Source: Desulfobacterales bacterium (GTDB taxonomy: Bacteria; Desulfobacterota; Desulfobacteria; Desulfobacterales; UBA5616). Taken from it: 64,000 nucleotides of DNA. How positions within the stretch are numbered: the stretch's first letter is position 1; each line of letters begins with the position of its first letter. The stretch covers positions 1 to 64,000 of the forward strand of contig JAWODC010000036.1 of NCBI GenBank assembly GCA_046483495.1, in the 5' to 3' direction. Positions 9,513 through 19,949 of the stretch are shown here, one piece after another. The position numbers and the translations under genes were made by a program. The notes below the pieces were generated by a model. The model was not told the origin of the DNA, did no database searches, and saw only the letters and a list, made by a program, of their open reading frames with translations.

Positions 9513-11162
9513 TTACCCGTTCTTTTCCCTGTCCCACGTGGCGGGTGTGACCCCCCGTTCTTTTAGAAAACGCTTCATGATCCGGTGAACCTCGCTTTTG
9601 GGAAGCTTGTCCACGAACTCCACATACCGGGGGAGCATGAAATCGGCCATTTTGTTCCTGCAAAATGCCAGCAGTTCTTCCGGCTTCAGGACTTCGCCGG
9701 GCTTCAACACCACCGTTGCCATAATTTCATCTTCCGCGTATTCTTCCGATTTCACTCCGTAGGCGGCCGATTCCAAAACCTTTTCATGCTGGTTGATCAC
9801 ACGCTCGATGCTCCATGCAGCGATATTTTCTCCGCGCCGCCGAATGGCATCCTTTTTGCGGTCCACGAAGAAAAACCACCCGTTTTCATCCCGGGTCGCC
9901 AGATCCCCGGTGTGGAACCATTTCCGGCCGCTCGCATCCTCCCGAATCCTTTCCGCTGACGACCGCTCGTCCTTGTAATAGACCACTTTTCGACTCTCCA
10001 GCTCTTCCTCCGGCACCAGGAAAACCAGTTCGCCGACTTCTCCGGGGGGCAGAATCCGCCCATCCTCGCCCATCACCTCAGCGGTTACGCCGGGATCGGC
10101 CTTGCCCATGGTTCCCACCGGGACATCCTCAAGACCGAACGTCTTCAGCATAAATCCTCCACCATCCACGGCGCCGTATCCCTCGTACACCTTCACGCCG
10201 AACCGGTTTTCAAATTTTACGATCAGCTCACGCGGGCACGCCGCCGTATTGACCCGCCACACCCGGTTGTCCCGGTCGTTTTCCTTTTCCGGCTGTTTGA
10301 GCAGAAACTGGGGCATGGAGCCGAGAAGATTGAAGTTGGTGACGCCGTATTTACGGATAATGTCCCAGAACCGCGAGGCAGAAAACCGTTTTGAGAGCAC
10401 CACCGGAATCTCGGCGAAAAAGCCCGGAAGTGCGGTCAACTGCAGGGCATTGCCGTGAAACAGGGGCAGGCACGTGTATAGCACATCGTCCGGTTTTGCC
10501 ATCATCTGGGCCAGTCCCAGAAAAAGCATGATTCCCGGTCCCATGGAAATACGGCCGTGCTGAAAAGTGGTTGCTTTGGGAAGACCGGTAGTGCCGGAAG
10601 TATAAATCAATACGGCCATATCGTCCGGCTCGATGTCCGCCCTGACCTCCGTATCCGGTGCCGCCATAATATCCTTCAGCGCAACGGCGTTTTCGGGCAG
10701 CGCAAAGCCCTCCGGCGCCTCGCTCGTATCCACGATGATATGCTCGAGTTTGGGCAGACGGTCTCTGATGTCCGCGTACTGATCCAGAAAAGACCAGTGG
10801 ATAAGGAGTGCCTTGCTGTCCGAGTGGTCGATGATGTATTGGAGCCCCTCCCCTTTTAAACCCGTATTCACCAGGACGACATAAACGCCGATCTTGAAGG
10901 CGGCAAATACGGTGAACAGAAACTCGGGGGAATTGATTTCCATCAGGGAAATGCCGTCGCCTTTTTTTATTCCCAATTTTAAAAGTCCGTTGGCCAGACG
11001 GTTGGACAGGCGATGCATATCCCGGTAGGTATACGTTTCGTCGACATTGTTGTCGAAATCACGGACATAGGTAAGATATACCTTGTCCCCAACCGTATTC
11101 GCCTTGTACGCGACGACATCGTTAAACGTTGTTTCGGGAGTGATATCGGGCAGTCCATCCAT
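9513..11162 (-). CDS. AMP-forming acyl-CoA ligase, CaiC-like
   Basis: YTSGTTGLPK, LPLFHGNA, FSASRFW, YEGYG, FHTGD, DRKKDAIRRRGENI; SD AGGAGG before ATG 11162. Confidence 0.9.
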   Translation of the reverse strand: MDGLPDITPETTFNDVVAYKANTVGDKVYLTYVRDFDNNVDETYTYRDMHRLSNRLANGLLKLGIKKGDGISLMEINSPEFLFTVFAAFKIGVYVVLVNTGLKGEGLQYIIDHSDSKALLIHWSFLDQYADIRDRLPKLEHIIVDTSEAPEGFALPENAVALKDIMAAPDTEVRADIEPDDMAVLIYTSGTTGLPKATTFQHGRISMGPGIMLFLGLAQMMAKPDDVLYTCLPLFHGNALQLTALPGFFAEIPVVLSKRFSASRFWDIIRKYGVTNFNLLGSMPQFLLKQPEKENDRDNRVWRVNTAACPRELIVKFENRFGVKVYEGYGAVDGGGFMLKTFGLEDVPVGTMGKADPGVTAEVMGEDGRILPPGEVGELVFLVPEEELESRKVVYYKDERSSAERIREDASGRKWFHTGDLATRDENGWFFFVDRKKDAIRRRGENIAAWSIERVINQHEKVLESAAYGVKSEEYAEDEIMATVVLKPGEVLKPEELLAFCRNKMADFMLPRYVEFVDKLPKSEVHRIMKRFLKERGVTPATWDREKNG

Positions 11163-11293
11163 TTTCCGCCTCCTTTTTCCGGTTTTTGAATGAAATGCAT
11201 ATTTGAAGATGACAGCCGGGAAATCTCGGCCGTTTATCTTGTAGAAAAAAAACGGTTTGCCGCAATACGCACATTCACCCGTTGTTCGACATG

Positions 11294-14200
11294 TCACCAG
11301 GTATCGATGCAGCTGCGTTTTTTCACGGTCCGCGGCGGTGGCGGAGGTACGGCATTGAGCGCCCTGCTGATCACATGCCGTGAATCCGCCGGGTCGATCA
11401 CATCGTCAATTTCAAAATGGGAAGCGGCATTGATCGCCTTCCCATGCTCATAGGCTTTCTCCACCATATGTTCATACAGCTTTTTGCGTTCTTCAGGATC
11501 CTTCAGTGCGGCCAATTCTTTTCGATATCCGAGTTTTACCGCACCTTCCAGCCCCATACCGCCGAATTCTCCGGTAGGCCAGGAAACAACGAAGAGGGGG
11601 GCTTTGTGGCTCCCTCCCCCCATGGCCTGGGCCCCTAATCCGTAAGACTTGCGAAGAATAATCGTAAAATACGGCACGGTCAAATTGGCGCCGACGACAA
11701 ACATGCGGCTGCAGTGCCGAACCAGCGCCGTTTTTTCCACTTCCGGCCCCACCATAATACCCGGCGTGTCACAGAGAAATAAAACAGGGATATCGTAAGC
11801 GTCACATATCTTCATGAAGCGGGCGGCTTTGTCTGCAGCCGGGCTGTCGATGGCACCGGAAAGATGAGCAGGGTTGTTCGAGATCAAACCGATGGGCCGC
11901 CCTTCCACCCGTATCAGCGCGGTGATCATCCCCAAACCGAAACGGGGCCGCAGCTCCAGTACCGACCCGGTGTCGGCCAGGATATCGATGACTTCCCGGA
12001 TATCGTAGATGCGGAGCCGGTTTTCCGGAATGACGTGGCGCAAAAGCCGCTGGTCCGCACAATCCCAGTCACTGACCTCACCCTGGAAATAGGACAGGTA
12101 CTTTCTGGCGGCCGCGGTGGCCTCGGCTTCATCGGAAACGGCGATATCCACCACCCCGTTTGGCACCTGGACATGTATGGGGCCGACTTCCTCGGGGCGG
12201 AAAACCCCCAGCCCCCCTCCTTCGATCATCGCCGGACCGCCCATGCCGATACTGGAATTCTCAGTGGCGATCACCACGTCGCACATACCCAGTATGGCGG
12301 CATTTCCCGCAAAACACCGGCCGGAGTTGACGCCGACCAGTGGAGCGACACCGCTGAGCCGCCCGAAAAGGTGAAAGGCCAGGCAATCCAATCCGGACAC
12401 CCCTAACGCATCGGTGTCTCCGGGACGTCCCCCGCCGCCTTCGGTAAAGAACACCACCGGCAGCCTGAATTTTTCGGCCAGTTCGAACATGCGGTCCTTT
12501 TTCCTGTGATTCTGCATGCCCTGGGTTCCGGCAAGCACCATGTAATCATAGGACATGGCGATGCACCTGGCCTTTTCCTCGGGAAACAGATCACCATTCA
12601 CCCGGCCGATGCCGGCCACCAGACCATCGGCCGGGGTATTCTGAATCAGGTCTTCTACACTTCGCCGCAATCTCTGGGCCGCTATGGCAAGAGAACCGTA
12701 TTCGATGAATGTTCCGGGATCACAGAGGTCGTCGATGTTTTTCCTGGCGGTGCGCTGACCCCTTTTCCGGCGCTTTTCGACCTTTTCAGGACGGGCGTCG
12801 TCCAGGGTAACGGCTTTCCTCGCATTCAATTCAGCAAGGTCGGGCCGAATATAGTCCATATCCATATTCAGGGCATCTTCCATATCCGATGCGCTGATTT
12901 CCTGCTCTTTTATAAACGCGAGGGGATGGCCTTCGTATATCGTGTCCCCCGGCGCCACATCCAAACGGACGATGATGCCGCTGGTGTCGGCACGAATCAC
13001 GTGCTCCATTTTCATGGCGTTCATCACCAGGATCTGCTGATTCTTCCGAACGGGGTCTCCTTCCTTCACTTCGATACTGATAATGGTGCCCTGCATCGCC
13101 GATCGAATCACGACCGTATCCTCAAGGCCGACGGTGTCATACGCCGGCACTTCCCCTGCAGGGCTCTCATCCGTTGCAGTGCCGTGGTCTGTCCGTCCGG
13201 CGGCTTTCCCGTAAGACAGAACGGCCAGGGGATCGTTTTCGTCCACTATGGCGCCGGCGCGGGTTTTATCACCCGGCACGGTATCGAAAAAAAACCGTTT
13301 ATGCGGCCCGGCGGCAGCCGTCAACTCCGCAAGGTGTTCATCCAAGAAGCGGGTGTGAATGCGGTTGGCGACAAAATCCGGGTGAAGCAGCACATTGTGC
13401 AGAAAACCGATATTGGTTCGTATTCCCTCGATCTTGAATTCGCAAAGGGCGCGATACGTCCGCACCACCGTATCCTCGAACCGTGGGGATCGGGAATGTC
13501 CGATCAATTTGGCCAGCAGGGAATCGTAATTGGGATTGGACTGAAATCCCACATAACCGCAGGTATCCGTCCGCACCCCACGGCCGAACGGCACCTCGAA
13601 CGCCCGCAATGTTCCGCCTGACGGATGGACACTGCCATCCGGATCCATGGTTTCCATATTGATGCGGACCTCGATGGCATACCCGATCGGCCGGGGGATA
13701 TCGGACCGGAACAGCTCGAGGTCCGGTAAGTGTCGGCCTGACGCCAACTGAAGCTGAATTTTGACCAGATCCAAATCCATGACCTCTTCGGTCACCGTGT
13801 GCTCCACCTGCAGCCTCGGATTTGCTTCGATAAAGGCGTAAGTCCCGTTATTTTCCCCGGCATCGGCAGAAACCAAAAATTCAAACGTTCCCACATTCCG
13901 GTATTCAGCGGCTTCGGCGATGCGGACGGCGTCATCTGTCAGCTTTTTTCTCAATTTTGCTGACAGAGAAGGGCAGGGAGCTATCTCCACGACTTTTTGG
14001 TGCATACGCTGAATGCTGCATTCACGTTCGTAAAGATGGACGGCATTCCCGTGCCCGTCGCCGATGATCTGCACTTCGATGTGGCGGGCGCAGGGCATGA
14101 ATGCTTCCACATAAACCTCATCCGATCCGAGGGACTGCAACGCTTCCGACCGGCATCGGTTATAAGCATCGGCAATTTCTTTTTCGGTAAACACCACGCG

Positions 14201-14698
14201 CATACCACGCCCCCCGCCCCCTGAGACCGCTTTGATCATCATGGCACCGCCGGACTTCAAGGTCGAGAAGAACGCAGCCGCCTCATCTAGGGAAACGGGG
14301 TTTCGGATACCGGACGGGACCGGTACGCCGCATTCGGCGGCCAATGCCAGGGCGCGGGTCTTGTCTCCGAACATCTTCAGGGTCTCTGCGCGAGGGCCCA
14401 CGAAAATAATGTTTTCCTCTTCACATCGACGGGCAAACGCGGCATTTTCGCTTAAAAAACCATATCCCGGATGAACGGCATCGCATCCGGTTTCCTCGGC
14501 TGCTGCAAGGATGGCATCGATGTCCAGATAGGCCGAAACTCCCGTGCCGTTCAAGGAGCGGACTTCATCCGCCCGGCGGGTATGCAGGCAATTTGCGTCA
14601 TCCTTGGCATGCACGGCCACGGTTGGAATCCCCAGTTCAGCGGCCGCCCGCATAATGCGCACGGCGATTTCACCTCGATTGGCAACTAACAGTTTCAT
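11294..14698 (-). CDS. Single-chain acyl-CoA carboxylase (biotin carboxylase-BCCP-carboxyltransferase fusion)
   Basis: LLVANRGEIA, HPGYGFLSEN, ERECSIQR, FIEANPRLQVEH; biotinyl AMKM; CT motifs DYMVLAGTQG, EGGGGRP, DTPGIMVG. Confidence 0.93.
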   Translation of the reverse strand: MKLLVANRGEIAVRIMRAAAELGIPTVAVHAKDDANCLHTRRADEVRSLNGTGVSAYLDIDAILAAAEETGCDAVHPGYGFLSENAAFARRCEEENIIFVGPRAETLKMFGDKTRALALAAECGVPVPSGIRNPVSLDEAAAFFSTLKSGGAMMIKAVSGGGGRGMRVVFTEKEIADAYNRCRSEALQSLGSDEVYVEAFMPCARHIEVQIIGDGHGNAVHLYERECSIQRMHQKVVEIAPCPSLSAKLRKKLTDDAVRIAEAAEYRNVGTFEFLVSADAGENNGTYAFIEANPRLQVEHTVTEEVMDLDLVKIQLQLASGRHLPDLELFRSDIPRPIGYAIEVRINMETMDPDGSVHPSGGTLRAFEVPFGRGVRTDTCGYVGFQSNPNYDSLLAKLIGHSRSPRFEDTVVRTYRALCEFKIEGIRTNIGFLHNVLLHPDFVANRIHTRFLDEHLAELTAAAGPHKRFFFDTVPGDKTRAGAIVDENDPLAVLSYGKAAGRTDHGTATDESPAGEVPAYDTVGLEDTVVIRSAMQGTIISIEVKEGDPVRKNQQILVMNAMKMEHVIRADTSGIIVRLDVAPGDTIYEGHPLAFIKEQEISASDMEDALNMDMDYIRPDLAELNARKAVTLDDARPEKVEKRRKRGQRTARKNIDDLCDPGTFIEYGSLAIAAQRLRRSVEDLIQNTPADGLVAGIGRVNGDLFPEEKARCIAMSYDYMVLAGTQGMQNHRKKDRMFELAEKFRLPVVFFTEGGGGRPGDTDALGVSGLDCLAFHLFGRLSGVAPLVGVNSGRCFAGNAAILGMCDVVIATENSSIGMGGPAMIEGGGLGVFRPEEVGPIHVQVPNGVVDIAVSDEAEATAAARKYLSYFQGEVSDWDCADQRLLRHVIPENRLRIYDIREVIDILADTGSVLELRPRFGLGMITALIRVEGRPIGLISNNPAHLSGAIDSPAADKAARFMKICDAYDIPVLFLCDTPGIMVGPEVEKTALVRHCSRMFVVGANLTVPYFTIILRKSYGLGAQAMGGGSHKAPLFVVSWPTGEFGGMGLEGAVKLGYRKELAALKDPEERKKLYEHMVEKAYEHGKAINAASHFEIDDVIDPADSRHVISRALNAVPPPPPRTVKKRSCIDTW

Positions 14699-14892
14699 CT
14701 CGCAATAATCTTTTCTCGGCTGTTCAGGTTATCAAATGTGATGTTCCAGTGAGTTTTCTGAAGGAGTTGAAATTCCAGGATGGACACTCATGTCAACGGC
14801 ATAGCTATACGTGCCGAATGTCATCACGGTATCCTTACTGGATGATCGACACCTTGTCAAGCCGGCTGTTTCAGGTGATACGGCGCCTTGGG

Positions 14893-15702
14893 TCAATGCC
14901 CTTTCACAGCGGCCTTTATCGTGATCCGATCGATCAGCCCCGGGGCGGCGAGTTTCAGCCACTGCCCCATTTTCCCTCTGAAGGTCAGAAAACATTCCCG
15001 TTTTCGCAAGGCGACGGCTTCGATAATCAACCGGGCACACGTCGTCACGTCCATGGCCCTGGCATTATCCACGGGATCTGCGTCCAGGGTTTTTCCCATG
15101 GGCCCGTATGCCTGTTTTCTCAAGCCGGTCGCCACGAAATCGGGGTATACCATAGTGACACTGACCCCGTCTTCGGCCAATTCGATGCGAAGCGTGTCAA
15201 AAAAGCCGGCCATGGCATGCTTGCTGGCGCTGTAGGCGCTTCTTTTCGGCAGTCCCGCTTTGCCTGCCAGGCTGGAGACCCCTACGATGCGTCCCCGGCT
15301 TTTCTTTAAATAGGGCAGCGCGAAAAATGTGCAGTAAACGCTGCCGAAAAAGTTTACACCCATAACCCGTTCAAAAAGATCCAAATCCTGCATTTCATCC
15401 AAACGGGCCACCATCGTAATACCGGCGTTATTGATCAGCGTGTCGATGCGTCCGTATTCGGATACGGTGGCTTCGATCAATTGCCGGCAGGCTTCTTTAT
15501 GAGTGATATCCGTGGGAACCGCAACGGCTTTGCCGCCGAGAATCCGGCATTGTTCGGCGGTCCTGGTCAGGTTGGCGGCATCAACATCGCCGAGTGATAA
15601 AAAAGCGCCTTTTTCCGCCAGTGCAAGCGCGAGTTCACGTCCGATGCCGGCAGCCGCACCGGTAATCAGGACAACATTTTCGCTGAAAGGAGAAGTGGCC
15701 AT
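14893..15702 (-). CDS. Short-chain dehydrogenase/reductase
   Basis: TGAAAGIG, INNAG, SS, YSASK. Confidence 0.92.
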   Translation of the reverse strand: MATSPFSENVVLITGAAAGIGRELALALAEKGAFLSLGDVDAANLTRTAEQCRILGGKAVAVPTDITHKEACRQLIEATVSEYGRIDTLINNAGITMVARLDEMQDLDLFERVMGVNFFGSVYCTFFALPYLKKSRGRIVGVSSLAGKAGLPKRSAYSASKHAMAGFFDTLRIELAEDGVSVTMVYPDFVATGLRKQAYGPMGKTLDADPVDNARAMDVTTCARLIIEAVALRKRECFLTFRGKMGQWLKLAAPGLIDRITIKAAVKGH

Positions 15703-15950
15703 GGTCTTTTCCCGAATGTATTAGAGGTTTTCATAAAATTGAAATGCAGACCGGGTGTTTCCGATCATAGGATGAATTGAATTTTTTTTCACGCATTTCC
15801 TTTCATATTTTTGAATTTTAAGGGCGGCATTGCCTGAAATTCATGAATGTTGACAACCCCTATCAATTTAAGTAGCATAAATTTCGTGACGGCGAAATTC
15901 ACTACCCACGCGGAACCGGGGAAAATAATAGATGAAAGCAGGAAAACGGC

Positions 15951-17672
15951 ATGATCATCGGTCTTGATGTAGGCGGCACGCACACGGACGTGGTGCTGCT
16001 CGGAGACGAGGGACTGCACAAACAAACCAAGGTGCCCACGGACCCGACAAACCTGTTCGATACCGTTGTAAAAGGGCTTGATGCGGTTATGCAGGACACC
16101 GAACCCGGAAATATCGAACGGCTCGTCCTCAGCACAACCCTGACGACCAATGCCATTATACAAAACAAGATCCCGCAGGTCGGCATGATTGTGACCGGCG
16201 GGCCGGGCATAAATCCGGAATGCCATCGCATCGGTGAGCATTACTATGCCGTCGGCGGAACCATCGATCACCGGGGTAGAGAAATCGATCCCGTAAATAC
16301 GGCTGAAATAAAAAGCTTTTCGAAAAAGATGAAGAGCGCCGGCATCGCTCATGTAGGCGTGGTGGGGAAATTTTCCACACGAAATTCGAATCATGAAATG
16401 CAGATCCTCGCCGTATTGAGAGATGATTTCGACGTGGTATTTCTGGGGCACCAGGTATCCGGCGAACTCAATTTTCCCCGCAGAATCGCCACTACCTATT
16501 TAAATGCGGCGGTTTTTCCCATTCACCGGGATTTTTTTCAGGCAATCGAGCGGTCCCTTACCGCCAAAGGCCTCAATGTGCCCATACGGATTCTGAAAGC
16601 GGACGGAGGAAGCGTCCATTTTAAGTCGTCCATTGACTTTCCCGTTCAAACGATTCTTTCCGGACCGGCGGCCAGTGTCATGGGTGCCACGGCATTTGCC
16701 GGAAAGGAGCGGGAAACGCTGGTGCTCGATATCGGCGGTACGACCACGGATATGGCCGTGCTTGTAAACGGCATTCCATTGCTGGACCCCGCGGGTATCG
16801 GAATCGGACCCTACCGGACGCTGATTCGGTCCCTTGAAACCCATTCCGTCGGCATCGGGGGTGACAGCGAAGTATCCGTTGTCGACGGAACCATTCGTAT
16901 CGGCCCCGAACGGAAAGGCCCGGCACTGGCCCACGGCGGCCCGGTTCCCACGCCGACGGATGCCTTGTTCGTCATGGGGAAAATCGACAACGGCAACCGA
17001 AACGCGGCCGTCAAAGGTTTCAAGCCGATAGCCCTTGAGATGGGACTGTCGGTAAAAGCGGCCGCCAAGCAGGTGTTCGATTACACCTGCAAAATGATTT
17101 TATTGGAAGCGGGCGGCATGATCGCCCGAATCAACGGAAAACCGGTTTACACGGTGCATGAAATGCTCGAAGGGCATCAGGTCCGGCCCCGGGAACTTCT
17201 TGTTCTGGGCGGGCCGGCTCCCTATTTTGCAGAATGCATTACCGATCTGTCGGATTTCGATGTTCGGGTCGTTCCCCGGTGGGAGGTTGCAAACGCCATC
17301 GGCGCGGGACTCTCCAGAACGACATCGGAGGTGGTTCTGTATGCGGATACCGAAAGAAATCTCGCGACCGCGCCGGAGGAGCATTTCAGCCGCCGGGTCA
17401 ACAAGACCTTTTCCAAAAAGGATGCGATCGCCCTGGCATTTGATCTGCTTAAAGCCAAGGCCCTTTCAAAAGGCGCAAATCCGGATTATCTGGAGATGGA
17501 GGTGGTGGAGGACCTTGAATTCAATATGGTCAGGGGTTTTTTTACCACGGGAAAGAATATCCGGGTTAAGGTTCAGGTCAAACCCGGATTGATTCACGGG
17601 TACGACGAGATGGTTCGAAACATTATATCCTCAGATATTACCGGAGCCTGCAATGCTGTCGGCAAAACATAA
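15951..17672 (+). CDS. Hydantoinase A / 5-oxoprolinase-family ATPase subunit
   Basis: GLDVGGTHTD, LSTTLTTNA, LNAAV, SGPAAS, DIGGTTTD, GIGGDS, PTPTDA, ANAIGA. Confidence 0.88.
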   Translation: MIIGLDVGGTHTDVVLLGDEGLHKQTKVPTDPTNLFDTVVKGLDAVMQDTEPGNIERLVLSTTLTTNAIIQNKIPQVGMIVTGGPGINPECHRIGEHYYAVGGTIDHRGREIDPVNTAEIKSFSKKMKSAGIAHVGVVGKFSTRNSNHEMQILAVLRDDFDVVFLGHQVSGELNFPRRIATTYLNAAVFPIHRDFFQAIERSLTAKGLNVPIRILKADGGSVHFKSSIDFPVQTILSGPAASVMGATAFAGKERETLVLDIGGTTTDMAVLVNGIPLLDPAGIGIGPYRTLIRSLETHSVGIGGDSEVSVVDGTIRIGPERKGPALAHGGPVPTPTDALFVMGKIDNGNRNAAVKGFKPIALEMGLSVKAAAKQVFDYTCKMILLEAGGMIARINGKPVYTVHEMLEGHQVRPRELLVLGGPAPYFAECITDLSDFDVRVVPRWEVANAIGAGLSRTTSEVVLYADTERNLATAPEEHFSRRVNKTFSKKDAIALAFDLLKAKALSKGANPDYLEMEVVEDLEFNMVRGFFTTGKNIRVKVQVKPGLIHGYDEMVRNIISSDITGACNAVGKT

Positions 17673-18975
17673 AACAGGTCTCGTTTTTTTTCCCGCATTC
17701 GATTGGGCCATAGACCCCACCCATCCGGAGCGGGAAGAAAGGCTGCTCTATACGCAGGACCAGGTGTTCGAAGAAGGACTGTTCGATATTGCGGGCATTA
17801 TCGAGTACAAACCCGATCTGGTTACCCTGAAAGATGTGCAGCGTGTGCATTTCTGCATCCCGGATGTGTGGAGTGTTACAACGGAATCCCACTTCATCAG
17901 TGCCGGCGGCGCGAAAACCATCGGAATGGCCGTTCTTGACAAGCGCGTTGATGCGGGCTTTGCGCTGGTCCGGCCTCCCGGCCATCACGCCAATCGGGTG
18001 GTTCACGGCGCCAGGGGGTTCTGCAATATCAATATCGAAGCGATCATGATTGAATACCTGCGTCAGGCATACCCAATCCGAAAAGTCGCCATCGTTGACA
18101 CGGATTGCCACCATGGCGACGGAAGCCAGGATATTTACTGGCATGACCCGGAAACCCTTTTCATTTCCCTGCACCAGGACGGCCGGACGCTTTATCCCGG
18201 GTCCGGCTTCCTGGAAGAACGCGGCGGACCGAACGCCGTGGGAACCACCGTTAACATCCCACTTCCTCCCCATACCTCGGATGAAGGATTTCTGATGGCG
18301 ATCGAAGATATCGTGCTGCCCCTTCTCGATGATTTCAAACCGGACCTCATTGTCAATTCAGCGGGCCAGGATAATCATTTTTCCGATCCCATTACGAATA
18401 TGAATTTTTCCGCCCAGGGATATGCCAGGCTTACCGAAATGCTGAAGCCGGATATCGCCGTGCTCGAAGGCGGTTACTCCATCGAGGGGGCCCTGCCGTA
18501 CATGAATGTGGGTATCATACTGGCCATGGCGGGGATTGACTACAGTCATGTGAAGGAGCCTACCTATGATCCGGATAAGCTGCGGCAACGGCCCGAAGTC
18601 GGTGAGTATATCAAACGCATTCGTGACGAAATCCTGTCCGGCTGGTCTATGAGAAACCGTCAACGGGAAAAGTATCTGCAGGCCAAGCAATTCCTTGAGA
18701 GGAAACGGCGGATTTTTTACGACACAGACAGCATTATGGAGGATCAGAAGGAAACGATCCGTGTCTGCGGCGAATGCGGCGGCGCATTGCGAATCGCCAC
18801 CCGCTCGGACCGGAATCCCGATATTCTTGCCATCCATATTCCCAAAAACGCATGCCGTGCCTGCCGGGAAATCGGTTATCAGTGGTTCGATGAAAAGTCC
18901 TCCGAAGATTTTGGAACCGTTCTGATGCAGGACAGACCCCGTGATATGTACGTCCAAAAAAAGAAAAGTTCATAA
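17653..18975 (+). CDS. Zn-dependent deacetylase (HDAC/AcuC/AphA family) with C-terminal CxxC...CxxC extension
   Basis: HPE, RPPGHHA, GFC, DTDCHHGDGSQ, ISLHQ, YPGSG, SAGQDNH, LEGGY; tail CGEC...CRAC. Confidence 0.9.
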   Translation: MLSAKHKTGLVFFPAFDWAIDPTHPEREERLLYTQDQVFEEGLFDIAGIIEYKPDLVTLKDVQRVHFCIPDVWSVTTESHFISAGGAKTIGMAVLDKRVDAGFALVRPPGHHANRVVHGARGFCNINIEAIMIEYLRQAYPIRKVAIVDTDCHHGDGSQDIYWHDPETLFISLHQDGRTLYPGSGFLEERGGPNAVGTTVNIPLPPHTSDEGFLMAIEDIVLPLLDDFKPDLIVNSAGQDNHFSDPITNMNFSAQGYARLTEMLKPDIAVLEGGYSIEGALPYMNVGIILAMAGIDYSHVKEPTYDPDKLRQRPEVGEYIKRIRDEILSGWSMRNRQREKYLQAKQFLERKRRIFYDTDSIMEDQKETIRVCGECGGALRIATRSDRNPDILAIHIPKNACRACREIGYQWFDEKSSEDFGTVLMQDRPRDMYVQKKKSS

Positions 18976-19898
18976 TGTTGGAAGATTTCCGACAAACCCG
19001 CATCATGCCGAACCTGGTACTCCGATCTAAAATCATCCGGGCGGTTCGACGGTTTTTCTTAGCCAGGGATTACATCGAAGTGGAAACCCCGGTGCGTATT
19101 CCGGCCCCGGCCCCGGAAACGCACATCGATGCGGTTTCTTCCGGGACATGGTTTCTTCAAACTTCCCCGGAGCTGTGCATGAAGCGGCTTTTAGCGGCGG
19201 GGTTCCCTCGCATGTTTCAAATATGCAGGTGCTTCCGCGACAACGAACGGGGAAAACGGCATCTGCCGGAATTCACACTGTTGGAATGGTACTGCGCCCA
19301 TACGGATTATCGGGATATGATGGTTGAATGCGAGGCGCTCATCCGGCAGGTTGCCTGCTGCATCGGATCGGCGGATGTGCTGCATTTTCGTGGAAACGCC
19401 ATACGGTTGAAAGCGCCGTGGCAGCGTGTGACCGTTAAGGAGGCATTTGACCGATATGCCGGTGGATCCCTTGATTCGGCCCTTGAATCAGGCCGATTCG
19501 ATGAAGTCATGGCCCTTGAGATAGAGCCGAACCTTGGAAAAGACGGCCCGGTCTTCCTCCTCGATTATCCGGCCCGGAAAGGGGCGCTGGCGCGGCTGAA
19601 GCCTGATGACCCCCGCTACGCCGAACGGTTCGAGCTTTACATCGGTGGATTGGAATTATGCAATGCGTTTTCCGAATTGACCGACCCGGAAGAGCAGCGC
19701 CTTCGATTTTTAAAGGAGACGCAAACGCGAGTGGAAAACGGTAAAAAGCCCTATCCGGTGCCGAAGAATTTTCTGGCTGCAATGCCGAAAATGCCGGCGG
19801 CCTCGGGGAATGCCCTGGGGGTGGACCGCCTGGTGATGCTGTTCTGCAATGCCTCTGAAATTGATGAGGTGACGGCATTCGTTCCCGAGGAGTTATAG
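18975..19898 (+). CDS. epmA: EF-P lysine aminoacylase (LysRS catalytic-domain paralog)
   Basis: EVETP, FLQTSPELCMKRLLAAG, CFRDNERG-x-x-H-x-PEFTLLEWY, ERFELY, ELCNAFSELTD, GNALGVDRL; no anticodon-binding domain. Confidence 0.9.
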   Translation: MLEDFRQTRIMPNLVLRSKIIRAVRRFFLARDYIEVETPVRIPAPAPETHIDAVSSGTWFLQTSPELCMKRLLAAGFPRMFQICRCFRDNERGKRHLPEFTLLEWYCAHTDYRDMMVECEALIRQVACCIGSADVLHFRGNAIRLKAPWQRVTVKEAFDRYAGGSLDSALESGRFDEVMALEIEPNLGKDGPVFLLDYPARKGALARLKPDDPRYAERFELYIGGLELCNAFSELTDPEEQRLRFLKETQTRVENGKKPYPVPKNFLAAMPKMPAASGNALGVDRLVMLFCNASEIDEVTAFVPEEL

Positions 19899-19949
19899 AC
19901 CGACGTGCGCCTCGGTGCGGATCATTGGATCATCTCATGGAAGCTGATC

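Noticed and set aside
12506..13621. Long antisense ORF (371 aa), and similar ones at 22317-23315, 27268-28263, 38474-39493 and 48765-49562
   Set aside because: They lie opposite well-supported genes and have no recognisable motifs; typical codon-bias shadows.
13623..13634. GGATGGACACTG match to the repeat terminus
   Set aside because: Inside the intact carboxylase CDS with no other element parts; chance match.
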